64,000 bases of DNA. It comes from Macrostomum hystrix. Its lineage: Eukaryota > Animalia > Platyhelminthes. The stretch is taken from positions 868,001 through 932,000 of the forward strand of contig CATNEN010000035.1 in the NCBI GenBank assembly GCA_950097015.1. The letters are read 5' to 3'. A program made the position numbers and the translations under genes. Positions 25,676 through 38,601 of this stretch are shown piece after piece; position 1 is the first letter of the stretch; every line of letters starts with the position of its first letter. The notes beneath the pieces are model-generated. The model saw only the letters and a list, made by a program, of their open reading frames with translations, was not told the origin of the DNA and did no database searches.

Positions 25676-28600
25676 ATGCAAGTTGACTGTACTGCATGCG
25701 GTGTACAGCTGAAGGTAACTGACTCTATTGTCAGTTGCTGCCATTGTCTTTGTAAATTGCACACTCAATGTGACTCAGTAGCAATTTTCGTCATTCGACT
25801 GGATGACACCGACTTGCGAGGTCGTTTTGTTTGCTCTGGTTGCACTGGCCATGGAGACCGTTTTAATTGGCGAAAGAGCTTGGATAGGCTCTTGTATGGT
25901 TTGACTACAGGCACTCCCATTTTTCGGCGAGCTGTTTTAGATATGGAAGATCTTGTGGTCAAATCTAGACCTAAAAACTATGCTACTCAAAAGTCAGTGG
26001 AAGTAGTACAACTGATACAAACTTTTGGAGTAGAAAGGTTTTCTTTTCAAGCTATAGAATCGAATGCGTCGCTACAAGGACAGTTTCTGCCCATTGTTAC
26101 GTATGCAGATGGCAACTGTCTATACCACGCGATTTGTAATGGAATCGGTTGCGATTCTACACCAGAAGTTGTCTGTGAACTACGAGTACGAACGGTTCTG
26201 GAAATTGGATTCCACTCAGCGCACTATCGCGACGTACTTTTGCAAATTAGAAATAAAATTTTGGCTGCACCCCAAGACGACGTCTGTGACACATCGGTCT
26301 CGTTGCTAAGTGTTATGGTAAATATTTCAAAATATTCGTCTTATTCTGAAATCATCGAGCTTTACGCACTGGCCTCTATTATTCAAAGAAAAATTCAAAG
26401 CATTCATCCTATTACTGAAGCGCCTGGACACTCGATGCTCAACTTTGTCGTAGAACCAAGAAGCAGTCCAAAAGGTGAGATTCTAACTATAATGTGGACG
26501 TGCAACTCGGACATACAATTAGATTCCACATGGCGCCCGAACCACTTCTGTCTCTTAGTAACGAACCCTGGTTTCAGCGAAAATGACTTGGTAATATCCT
26601 CAACAAATCCATTTATTCTGTGTCTAAAGAATTCCGAAGCCAGTAACAAAAGAATGTATTATGCTAGAGAAGCAGCAACCTGCCGACGTAAACGCCGCTG
26701 CAATGTTGACATAGACGCCGATCCCGAAGCTGTGGGTTCTTCCATGTTGGGCGATTTTGAAGACGCAATGGCAGATCAGAAACAGACTGACTCCCATGTT
26801 GCAAAAAATTCCGTTACTTTTGTCGATACTACCTTCACTACTACAGGCGCTGAATCAGATGCTGGCGAGGAGCACCAATCTGAGGAGTCGAACAACTCGG
26901 AATCGAATGATGCGCAATCCTCCCCGCACTCCTTTGCTCCTGCAAATTTTTGTTCAGATGACGCCAGTAACAACGACGATAACTTTACGTGGTCCTTTTC
27001 TTCGTGCCTTAAAGCTATTCTTAGAAGCAGTTCGTCCCAGGCCCCATTTAAGCCAGAGAAGGATGCTGTATACGTTGTTAAAATATCAGCAGTAGCTAAC
27101 GATGGGTGGCAATGGACCATGATTGGCGGCCACAATCGATTCTACACGAAAGATGGCAAGCGATTAAACGGGAACGCGAAGTGCGGTTTTCGCTTGGCCA
27201 GTAAAAGCCTTGGAAGAGACGCTGTCGTATTGGAAATGCAGGAAAAGTATTACAGCCAGCGGGCTGCTCCTGGCTTTCGCAAAACGGTACGCTTATTTCG
27301 TCAAGTTGTTCCAGAAATAATCGTTTACGACACGTGCACTGTACAATATAAATGGACAGTCACACCAAGTAATATTACTAATCTTCCTCATGGCAATGCA
27401 AACGCAAACCTGCATGTTCCTTTTGTTCGTGCTGACTCGTCTGCTGTTAGTAATGCAGCGAGACTGGTTAAACTTGGTGTACAGAATAAGCGCATTCGAT
27501 TAGGAGTAGACGGTCTACGGAATGTAAACCAATTGAAATACATAAGAAAAAGAGTGCGCAGAAGTGAGGACTCTAGCAGTTTGCATGTAGACATTGTCGA
27601 TGATGAATGGCTTAAAATTGAGACGCAGTTACACCGCGAAGTCCGTGACATGGATAAATCAACTCGTTTTCTCAGGTCACGCGTCTGCCACGAGGGTAAC
27701 AATGCTGTCATCGTTTTTTTTGATCGGCAAATTCAAATGCTGAAGTGTGCCATTGCAGAAGGCATGGAATTGCACGTTGATACAACGTATATGAAAGCCT
27801 GCTACCTCACGTATATTGCCGTTCAAAACCCAAGGTTGGCGAATCACGAAGGAAATTGCCCCTTGGTTTGCGGCCCCGGACTTCTTCACTCAAAAAATGC
27901 TGACACGAGTTCCTTTATTACATTTTTTGCTCGTATAAAGGAGGAAATTCGACAAAGTCCTGGAAAAAGTGGTCCAATTTTCATTTCTGATGAGTGCCGC
28001 GCAATCGACTTTTCCTTGCGTACTGTCTTTCATGACCACTATCATTTCCTCGGTAAGGAACATTTAATGTTCAATTTTGACGAACAACTGCGCAAAGCTA
28101 GTGTTGCTTCATGCCAGACGTCGAGCCAACAGCGTATCTCTGCGGTACAGACAATGCGCCAGGACGTTTTTGGCCCCATGGGTCTTCTAGAGTCACCGGA
28201 TTCTGGCTATTTCGATAGGAAGCTGTCGGACATTGAGAATGAGTGGCCATCGCAGGGCCCAGTAGGCGCCGTCATGTTCCAGTATATCAAGGTAAAGACT
28301 CCATCGACGCTTATTTGAATAATTCAATTACTCGTGACATTCTGTTCATGAACCTAACACTCTGTAGTAAGTTTTAAAAGATGTATTAGATGTATTAAAT
28401 AAATTAAATTATGTACTGAACTATGTAACATAAGCAAGATGAATTGGTTGATGACAACTAACATTGTGTGTAAAGTGTACGCTGCATTACTTCCTACCTT
28501 TTCGTTATTTCAGAAAAAGGCGGACACATTAAAGCAGAAAGCCACCCGATTTCGCCTTTCTGAAGCCGGCCTAAATTCTGCATGGCAACAACGCCAGGAA

Positions 28601-29713
28601 CGACTCAATCGCGATTTAAAAGCGTTTCGCGTTCGTGAGCACCAGAGACTTGTCACAGACGCGCTGTCAGAGTTTAAATCGCGTATCAAATTAGAGTTTG
28701 CTGCTGAGGAATCCGCACTTCACGGCTCAGGGGATTACAATTTGCAGCGAGGATGGACCTCACATCTTGTTGCTGATGAAGACTGGAATCGGCTCTCTGC
28801 TGACGAACAGAGTCTTCATCTAAAACATTTTTTGGCATCGCGAAGTAAGCTATAAGTAGTACACGAACGTGCTTAACTTCTAAAAATATACTCTTTTCTT
28901 CTTTAATACGCCTGTTGCATTTAAATGGGCCCCATATTAGCAAAAGTAAAGATTGTATGTGGCCGGGCGAAACAGTCGATAGAATAATCAAAGTCTTGTC
29001 AAGTCTATACCCTTAGCAGCTTTGGGAGTTGCGTCACCTTGATTATTATTCCTTTCAGTTTTGGGAAGTAAGGACAACTTAAAATTTTTAAGCGGTTAGC
29101 ATTGGTTAAACTGGTTAAATGGGCAGTGTCCTGACAATAAATGAATATTTTCTCATGTCCGTAAAACTGTCGCGAAGTCTATTTAGGATATTTTTTCTTT
29201 TTTCATGCAGGTACGGAAACTCACATTGACCTTCGGCCAGGTGCCGGTGACACACGTGGAAACAAAAATCCTTCTCGTCTGCGCAGGCCGCCAAGGAAGG
29301 CTCCAATGGAAACGCCTTTTCCGTCAGAAATGGCAAATTCAAAAGAGTGTCGGCCTTGGGAAAATGATCATCCGCTTTTTGTAGCCTTCACATCGGCTGA
29401 ATGTCAGGGGCAAGTGTGTCCCGGGTGCAGCTGCTCCATTGTAACCAAGTCTGCCTTACTTCAGCATCGGTTTGTAGTGGGGCATATGGAACATCATATG
29501 ACCCCCCAGAGTGCATCCACAAGAGTTGCAACTTCCTGGAAAGCAACCTCACAGCTGCGCAAAACTTTTTATCATCTGCGAGCGTACTGCCTAGAATCGC
29601 GATTCGGTCACGGTTTTTTCGTCTCTATGGAAATCCGCTTCCGTCCGGACGCTCGAAAGGCTTTTGATGAAGTGAAGGAATTATTTCATATTAACCACCC
29701 GGACCTCTGCTAA
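25676..29713 (+). CDS. Spliced Mutator-like transposase, 1149 aa (exons 25676-28291, 28514-28844, 29211-29713): PHD-like finger, OTU/vertnin-like cysteine protease, DDE core, C-terminal Cys/His domain
   Basis: PHD-like C-T-A-C...C-C-H-C...H-T-Q-C...C-S-G-C. OTU-like ADGNCLY...ELRVRT...ALASII...IMW...NHF. MULE-like LHVDTTY...GPGLLH...FISDECRAI. GT-AG introns in phases 0 and 1 join all three ORFs (2616+331+503=3450 nt). Confidence 0.8.
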
Positions 29714-31637
29714 GAAAATGACTGTTCGGATTTATAACTCAAAGACAAAATATGTTCTGCCGTTAATCTGAAGATACCCGAAATTCTTGCGTTTATTAAA
29801 TTTGTTCTTTTCCCCAAATTACCTCACATCAAAAGAGGCAGCTTGAGTAGAAAAAGAGCGACGGAAGGCGCTGGCGAAATAGAGCTGAGTACTGAGAGAA
29901 AAATAATGACTGACACGAGGTTTGTGGGAAAGAACAAGGCAGATTAAAGCAAGGATTTGAGGAAGGCGAGATCGAGATGGAGGTAAGGGGAGCGATGGGC
30001 GACAGTGAGACAAATGTACCTACTTTTTGACATTTAAATAGCTTTCTGACGCAGTCTCTGTTTTGTCTGTTGTGTCTTCTTTAAAACTTCTTTTGCACAA
30101 GTCTCATTGTAACGTCTTGTGCATTTTGAAGTTTTTTTACTTTTTTGAACATTTACATGCGCATTTGACAGCCGTGCCATTTTTTTAGCTTTTCAAATTA
30201 AAAAGCTTTTATGCAATAAAGTCTAATCGTTATTTGACAGTTTTATAACGTAAAATTTTTTTATAGTACATCTATCTAATATACTAAAAATCAATATTTT
30301 CATTTTTTTATTTTTAAGCTCCAGCAGGAAATATCAACTCAGCTACTTAATGCTTAGAAAACGTCGTATATTTACTATAAGAAATATTAGGCCACGCAAG
30401 TACAGGAAGTATACATAATAGATAAGCTACACAAGCTGCAAAGCATTGCAACGCGCTGATAATTACATTGAAATAAGAAAAATTTAGAAAACTTGCTTTC
30501 ATTTACATTTTTAGAAATGCAGAAATCAGCCTATCAACATAAAAATGAGAACAGCACACTAAAGCGATTTAGTAAGCAATTGTACACTGCTACTTAAAAA
30601 AAATCCACAAGTCACAGCTACACTAGCAAAATTGATATCGTACTCGTAAGTACCCTACAGTATATGTATCTTCATAGACTAGTTAGCTCGCCGTATCTAT
30701 TATGCAAAGTGAATAAAAAATGTTAAAGCGGTGCGCAAAAACAAAAAGGGAGGAAGTTTTCATGTCGGAGCAGTTGGAGACTTTACCGATGAGGAATCAA
30801 ATCCCATCGAGATCCATCAAAATTAAGTGGCATCCCGAAATCACTTTTGTCAGTGGTACCCCCGTCAAAATGACAAGCCTCGATAGGCAGGGGGGTATCG
30901 ACTTTGAGCGGACCCCATTTGAAAACCGCTTCATCTAGCGAGATGAGACTGACGTTGTCTGGTAGGTCGATAGATGCTGCGTCGGATGTCGTTCATCCCG
31001 TCGATAGATCTACTGCCGTAGTCGGCTGGCAGTCGGTGTAGTAAAGCGTAATAGTCTACAGATTGCGACCTCCAATTAAGGGGGCCTCTGACACTCTAGA
31101 GATCATTTGACAGCCTTCTGGTGGCTATTTCTCAACGTTCTTGGTGTCGTCGGAAAGCTGTAGACATGCTCTATCGATGTGCGTTTGTCCGAAATCGATG
31201 TCACATGCGGTTGACATCCTTAGTTGGAGCCTAGTGACTTTGCGAAAATGGCTAGTCAAACTCGTAGACCTCCAACAACCGAGTTTGGCCAGATACTTGG
31301 AAAAAAATCAAGTACACCTAATCCGATGTATTTCGACGCGTAAAGTCGAATTTCGACGGTCCTGAGCCTGTCCGAGTCGAAATGAAAAAGTTACAGACCT
31401 TTTCTATCTATTTTAGTCATTTTTTCTGACCCTTTTACTGTCAGTAGTACATGGCTGTCCAAAACAAAATGAGTAGAGTTTTTCGACGCGGATTCGACTG
31501 GAAATCAATCTACAAATAATTTCCTACGCGACTGAGTTGGTTTCATGATTTCAAATGAATTCTACTCGATTTTATTAACCTGGAAAGTGACCTAGAAAAG
31601 TTGACGAAATACATGCGAAAATATATCAAGTACCTAG

Positions 31638-32400
31638 CTGTTTGATATCTGCTGCATCCATACAAGCGAAGTGACAGCAAGCGATGGCAATGGCGTGCTG
31701 AACAATCTTTTCTACCCTCAGGCTGTTCAGGTTGTATTGCGAAAGTGGATGCCACTGTTTCCTCTTTGGAGTGTGGCCGTGTTTGGAGGAAATCGTAGCG
31801 CACACGTGACCAACGCCGCTGTTGAATCATGGTTCAGCTGGTGCAAAAGCGAAGCACTGCCTTCTCCAAGTTCTCGGCTCAGGTTACCAAGATTTGTCCG
31901 TGCGCAACTAACAACCGTAAAACTGCAACTGAAGCGGTTGCAGCACGAGCAACATCCGATTCGCCCCCCGAAGCGTGCTAGAGGACGCAAAGGTGGCTTT
32001 GATGCTCCGTTAAACCCACCTGGAGATCCTGGAAAAGGTCAGGAGCCTTAAAGAGACGAAGAACCAGCTTTATTCAATCGGCATTATCAATTCCGCCAGC
32101 CGTTGCACCCACGACCTGTACTCTAGCTGCGGCGCCTGCTGCAAGTGGGTCTCGCTCGGGCAGCCAGCCCGTCATTGTCCAGGTTCGGCCTGCTATTGCA
32201 CCCACGACCTGTTCTTTAGCTGCGCCCGCTGCAAGTGGGTCTCGCTCGGGCAGCCAGCCCGTCATTGTCCAGGTTCGGCCTGCTATTGCACCCACGACCT
32301 GTTCTTTAGCTGCGCCCGCTGCAAGTGGGTCTCGCTCGGGCAGCCAGCCCGTCATTGTTACGTTACATTGTTACATTGTTACATTGTGACGTTATGCCAC
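31638..32400 (+). pseudogene. Fragment resembling FB-NOF/MULE-related proteins (NLFYP...LFPLWS...TNAAVESWFSWCK), continuing by frameshift into a 30-aa repeat
   Basis: Motif resemblance only. A frameshift near 32030 links it to WKRSG...AVAPTTC. Confidence 0.45.
32103..32358. repeat. 90-bp tandem repeat, about 2.8 copies, followed by (GTTACATT)-type short repeats
   Basis: Units start at 32103, 32196 and 32286; the plus frame is open across them. Confidence 0.9.
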
Positions 32401-33971
32401 AGACATCTAAAACTTGTAACCTTCGGCTTCCCGCCCCATTGAACGTCGTGGTCATCCAAAAAACGCAGACAAAACGGTTATTGGCCTACCGAAGGGAAGG
32501 AAGCGTCGTATCACAGTTCGTAACGCTTATGTCAGGCGGTTCGGTAAGGTTTGCACCTTGATAATTGATTGACATTGTTGCTTTTCGGTCGCTTATAAAA
32601 TCAATTACCTAATTACGTATTTCACCTATTTATTCACACAGATGACTAATACTTAAACATTTTTGTTTATATCCTTCTTGGTCAGGCTCAGGGATTACCT
32701 AATAAGTAGTAATGGGAAACGACAAAAATTTAAGGCGATCCATTAATAACATGAATTATTAGTAACATTATTAATCTCCTCTCAATTTTATCGCATTTAT
32801 AAATAGGCGTCGTGTTGGAATTTATCAATTAAATAGTCTTGCTAATCAATGGAGACACATTTAGCACGTTTCCTGATGTTGTACTCTAAAATCTCGAATC
32901 ATACAGTGCATGATTACTCGTAGTATGCGTATTATCGGTTTATCGCTAATTATTTCTGCATCAACCACCATGCTTTCTTACAGGATCTACGACTGATTTC
33001 GGCGAAAGATCGGTACTGCAACATAAGTGTAATGGGACTTCGTCACCATCCGGTTCACGTCCTACGATTCCCAACGTAGTAGTTATACGAAATGTACCTC
33101 CGCATTGAGTTACTTTTTTGTTGAGTTAATTTGGCTCGAGTTAAAATTTCGTTGCTGCTCTCTCGCTTATTACTGTTACATCTTTACATTACTGCTATTG
33201 CAGCTTTTCGGCACTGCCGCTGTACTGTAATGATTCCACTCAGTTAAAGAAATTTTGCGTTCTATAAAAAATATGAAAATATTTAAAAAGATCGTAACGC
33301 TCGGCGGATATCTTGTCAGGTGGCATTCGTCTGCCTCAACTGAGCGCAAAAAATCTGAATCTGAAAGCAAAAATATGATATTTGCAATGGACAAGTTTGA
33401 CATGTCAGTGATAGACGCTGATTCTTTAATAGAAGGCAAAATTATTTAACTGACTGAAAAAGTTTCCATTGAACTTTTGAGTTTAATATAGTTTAATACA
33501 GCTCGACCGCAGTCTCTTTTTGAAGTAGCAGTTGCTATTAAGAAAAGCGCCAAAGAAACGAAAATAAACTGTACTTTACTTTACTTTACTCTAAAATTAC
33601 TTTTTTGTACATTACACTTTGTCTGCACAACATGGTGTGACTTGGTATTGACGAAACTAATTTATGGCAGGCAGCTCAGCGACTGCTGGCGATGACAGTT
33701 TCATTTATTAATTAGATGGCAGCGTGACATGGCGTTATCAGTTCAGCGTTTTGCTTTGATGCAATCATTTATTGTACTTACGAGTTACGAAGCAGAATAA
33801 GTAAATTATTTGGTTGCCTGTTGCAACATATTTAGATTGTGATTTATTCGACAAAAATACTTAAGTAGCTGTAGCCGAATAATAACAATGTCAGCGAAAT
33901 TAAAAGTCGCTGACACTAACGGAGTTATACGAGCTAGCTCAAAGCATGAAGGCCAAGCACGAAACCGCAAA

Positions 33972-34920
33972 TTAGCGTCGTCGTAGTTGTCGTTTGGACA
34001 CATGAGGACCGGCTTTTTCCGTTCCTAAAAGTTTAGGCCGTTTCTTGCTTTCATGCACTCTCTTTCGTGGCACCGGCGGACAATTTTCTGAGTGGCTTGA
34101 TCCTCCCGTGTCCAAATTCTGGTCATCGGCTGGCTTGTCAGCGCTCTGCTGGTCATCGGCTGGCTTGTCAGCGCCCTGCTGGCCATCCGCTGGCTTGTCA
34201 GCGCCCTGCTGTTCATTGGCTGGCTTGTCAGTGCCCTGCTGGCCATCCGCTGGCTTGTCAGCGCCCTGCTGTTCATTGGCTGGCTTGTCAGCGCCCTGCT
34301 GGCCATCCGCTGTTTTGTCTGAGTCCTCTAGTTCCTCATTCAAATCAATGAGTTCATCGTGACGTTCATGTCCCGGTTGGTGATTACTTGCCTGGTCAGA
34401 TCTTGGCAGTACTAATTGATTACGACGACGACGAATTCGCAGACGCAGCGTTGTAGATAGAGCGTTTGAAAGGGCAGACAAAGTTCTTAATGTGCCTGGG
34501 TCGCCTTCCATGATTAGCCACCGAAAAGTGGCCAAAAGATGCTGCTTCCATTTTAGCTGTCCGCGGTTAAAAGGGCGAGGCGGGGCTTCAAAACGTTGTA
34601 GCCATTCGAAGCCATTCTGGCGATGATCATTATCTACAGTGGCGTTCCCACTGATTCCGTGCAAAAACACAGAAGTTGACGAGCTACTCAAATTCTGAAT
34701 AACAGCAACCTTTTCACGTCCGCATCGACGATAACCAGCGTCTGAATATACACGGACATTACGACGAGTTAGGTTCCGAATGCAGCTACAAAGGCGCCGA
34801 GAGGCCTCTAAAATATCAATACCATCCGACTTAAACACAACAATACATGGTGATTCTGGACAAGGAACATTTTGCCCAGAAGGAGGCAATGCTGCCTCTG
34901 GTTTGGATGCCAATAGACGC
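33972..34920 (-). CDS. Hypothetical protein exon(s) inside the Mutator element, convergent with the transposase, with 10-aa repeats (QQGADKPADG)
   Basis: Long open frame after a TTTCAG acceptor near 34921. It has a globular-looking N-terminal part, a 30-bp repeat tract and a basic tail. No family recognised. Confidence 0.5.
34125..34315. repeat. 30-bp coding tandem repeat, about 6 copies
   Basis: Repeats of GCTGGCTTGTCAGCGCCCTGCTG(GCCATCC/TTCATTG). Confidence 0.92.
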
Positions 34921-34999
34921 AACTGAAATGTAAAGGGAATGAAAACTGATTGTACCAAAAAATTAGAATTATACTGACTGAAGTCAAAATAACAAACTG

Positions 35000-36657
35000 G
35001 TACAGTAGGAGAAACCAACTGACGCCAACTGTACACCAACTCAACTAAAAAGGGACTACAGTAGAAGAAACCAACTGACGCCAACTGTACACCAACTCAA
35101 CTAAAAAGGGACTACAGTAGGAGAAACCAACTGACGCCAACTGTACACCAACTTAATTAAATAGAGACTACAGTAGGAGAAACCAACTGATGCCAACTGT
35201 GCACCAATTCAACTAAATAGGGACTACAGTAGGAGAAACCAACTGATGCCAACTGTACACCAACTCAACTAAATAGAGACTACAGTAGGAGAAACCAACT
35301 GATGCCAACTGTGCACCATCTCAACTAAATAGAGACTACAGTAGGAGAAACCAACTGATGCCAACTGTGCACCATCTCAACTAAATAGAGACTACAGTAG
35401 GAGAAACCAACTGACGCCAACTGTACACCATCTCAACTAAATAGAGACTACAGTAGGAGAAACCAACTGATGCCAACTGTGCACCAATTCAACTAAATAG
35501 GGACTACAGTAGGAGAAACCAACTGATGCCAACTGTGCACCAACTCAACCAAATAGGGACTACAGGAGAAACCAACTGACGCCAACTGTACACCAACTTA
35601 ATTAAATAGAGACTACAGTAGGAGAAACCAACTGATGCCAACTGTGCACCAATTCAACTAAATAGGGACTACAGTAGGAGAAACCAACTGATGCCAACTG
35701 TACACCAACTTAATTAAATAGAGACTAAAGTGGGAGAAACCAACTGACGCCAACTGTACACCAACTTAATTAAATAGAGACTACAGTAGGAGAAACCAAC
35801 TGATGCCAACTGTGCACCAATTCAACTAAATAGGGACTACAGTAGGAGAAACCAACTGATGCCAACTGTACACCAACTCAACTAAAAAGGAACTACAGTA
35901 GGAGAAACCAACTGATGCCAACTGTACACCATCTCAACTAAAAAGGGACTACAGTAGGAGAAACCAACTGATGCCAACTGTGCACCAACTCAACCAAATA
36001 GGGACTACAGGAGAAACCAACTGACGCCAACTGTACACCAACTTAATTAAATAGAGACTACAGTAGGAGAAACCAACTGATGCCAACTGTGCACCAATTC
36101 AACTAAATAGGGACTACAGTAGGAGAAACCAACTGATGCCAACTGTACACCAACTTAATTAAATAGAGACTAAAGTGGGAGAAACCAACTGACGCCAACT
36201 GTACACCAACTTAATTAAATAGAGACTACAGTAGGAGAAACCAACTGATGCCAACTGTGCACCAATTCAACTAAATAGGGACTACAGTAGGAGAAACCAA
36301 CTGATGCCAACTGTACACCAACTCAACTAAAAAGGAACTACAGTAGGAGAAACCAACTGATGCCAACTGTACACCATCTCAACTAAAAAGGGACTACAGT
36401 AGGAGAAACCAACTGATGCCAACTGTGCACCAATTCAAATAAATAGGGACTACAGTAGGAGAAACCAACTGATGCCAACTGTGCACCATCTCAACTAAAT
36501 AGAGACTACAGTAGGAGAAACCAACTGATGCCAACTGTGCACCAATTCAACTAAATAGGGACTACAGTAGGAGAAACCAACTGATGCCAACTGTGCACCA
36601 ACTCAACCAAATAGGGACTACAGGAGAAACCAACTGACGCCAACTGTACACCAACTA
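35000..36657 (-). repeat. 56-bp tandem array, about 29-30 units, inverted relative to 23228-24985 (right TIR)
   Basis: Reverse complement of the left array unit, with the same variant classes. Confidence 0.95.
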
Positions 36658-38601
36658 AAAATATATTATATTAAGAGAAATAATATATTAATAATATTTA
36701 AGCAAATAATTGTTGTCTTATGCATATAAAAACAGAAAAACAAATCAAATCAGCAATCAAATACTGTTTAAATTTATATAAAATATGTTCAATTGCTTTG
36801 AATAAATTTATTTGAAACCTCAATGTCCTCAAGGTATATTGATATTTTTTATTTATAACATAAAAACAATGTGCATAAGGCATAATTACTTTTGTAGTTC
36901 TATATTTATATATGTATAGCTGTTGATATTACTATAGATAAATGGACATAAGTTTTTATTGCTGTTTATATAAGATTATTTAGTTAACGGAATTATAAAG
37001 TCTATTAAGTTAGATGCACTTTGATAATATATCACCTTAGTGTGTTGTTGGCCAACACTCAGATTAGAAATCACTGACACGATAAGAAAAGATTATCGCA
37101 ATTTCACTACACCTGCAGTATCGTAGCTTTCGAACTGAAAAAGCTGCATTATTTCTTATAACATTGTATATGAATCTTGGCAATATTATTCGTTTAGCGT
37201 TTCTAAATAAGATTAAGATTTATACGTTTAAAAAATGCGAAAGTAAAATACAGTAAAACAAATTACCCATTACCCTAACTTTGCTTATGCAAGTTAAAAC
37301 CACTTGATATTACACATTATGGCAGAAGATGTAAAAGTAAGCTTAGCCATTGATTTTCGATTCTCAATGACGGGGGTAGGGGTCGGGTAGTTTTGGGTAG
37401 TTTTTGGAGTAAAACACTACCAACAGAAATAAACGTGAATTTCATCATAATCTTTCAGTTTTTTACCTAAGAAAATTCCAAACTAGAAGCTGCATAGGTT
37501 AGGCGCATTTTCTGGACGATTTGAAGCGGGTAGACGCCTAAAATCATTGGGTAGCCTTTTACCCTATTTTTCGGGTAGTGTTTTACCCCTTACCTCATGA
37601 AAGCTTTACTACTTGCAAGTACAAGCTGATGTTGTAGTTTAAGGTTTGTATAATCATAACTATTCACACATAGTAGACACAGAGAGGTAGAATAGATCAG
37701 ATAGAGTTTTAAATTTTATCAGTCAGAGATTATGTAATATAGTACATTTATTGAGCTGCATAGCACATAGCAGGGTTAGTAGCATTGAAAGTCAGTTGCT
37801 TGACTGTGGAGCATGGGATTGGAGATCGAATCTCCTACTCCTATCTATGATTGGAATTGTAATGCAGCTTAAAAATCTGGATGTTATAATTCATATATTA
37901 GTCTTAGTCTTAGTGTCTCAGTGTCCAACTGACCAACAATTTGCCACTGCCAGCTAACTAACGGCAATGTTCTGGTTTCGTTCGCTAACATTGCCGCAAT
38001 AACTTATAAATGGCAGCAATATCAATGAAACTAAATAAAAACTGCAACGCGACAGTTACAGTAAAATCTATGACTCAGTCTTAAAGAGCCTAAAGCATGC
38101 CTGTTATATCTCTCTTGATTATGTATCTAACTGTTGTCGTCGCAACTCGCAGGCTCGCGCAGCATCGAAATGTCTGCTGGCAGCGTTTTTCGGTTCAAAA
38201 AATTGAGTCTATAAACGAGTAACTCTCCAGCAGCGAAGAATTTAATCTTGAAATACATAATAAGTGGCTCCGAAAAGAGACTAAAACTTTTATTATTCAC
38301 CTTCACTATTTGCGGGCGCCAACTTTGTTTACCTCGTCACTGTCGGCAAAGATGCTACGTATCGCGCAAAGCCCGCCAAATGTGCGACGCGTAGCAGAAA
38401 TGCCGAAAACTTATGAAAAAAATTATCTGTTATTTTTTCATTTTTTACAGCTTATGGTAATGTAAGACGTCGGAAATATATGTTTCTAAATTGCACAGAA
38501 CCAAAAAACGACAACATATGCACAGTAGCTTGTGAGCCGAAAAGTTTGCTACGATCGCGGGTGGGCCGCCAGCGAGCCGCCTGCGCCTTTCCCAGCGGGC
38601 A

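Larger units (their letters stand above)
22288..37594 (+). mobile_element. 15.3-kb Mutator-superfamily element with Foldback architecture; about 2.7-kb TIRs, 9-bp TSD TCATGAAAG
   Basis: TSD at 22279-22287 and 37595-37603. Termini GGTAAGGGGTAAAAC in inverted orientation. About 940 bp of near-identical unique arm plus inverted satellite arrays; internal MULE-type transposase. Confidence 0.93.
16402..38599 (-). mobile_element. 22.2-kb EnSpm/CMC DNA transposon (about 6.9 kb without the nested Mutator); TIR CCCGCTGGGAAA..CGCAGGCGG, 2-bp TSD CA
   Basis: Left end CCCGCTGGGAAAATCGCAGGCGGGTAGC versus right-end reverse complement CCCGCTGGGAAAGGCGCAGGCGGCTCGC. CA at 16400-16401 and 38600-38601. Removal restores a host ORF (…PLLEALEYLIGLRKKPS…). 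Confidence 0.92.

Noticed and set aside
30700-31560. Possible additional MITE or element end inside the Mutator element
   Set aside because: Scattered GTCG/CGAC motifs, but no defined TIR or TSD.
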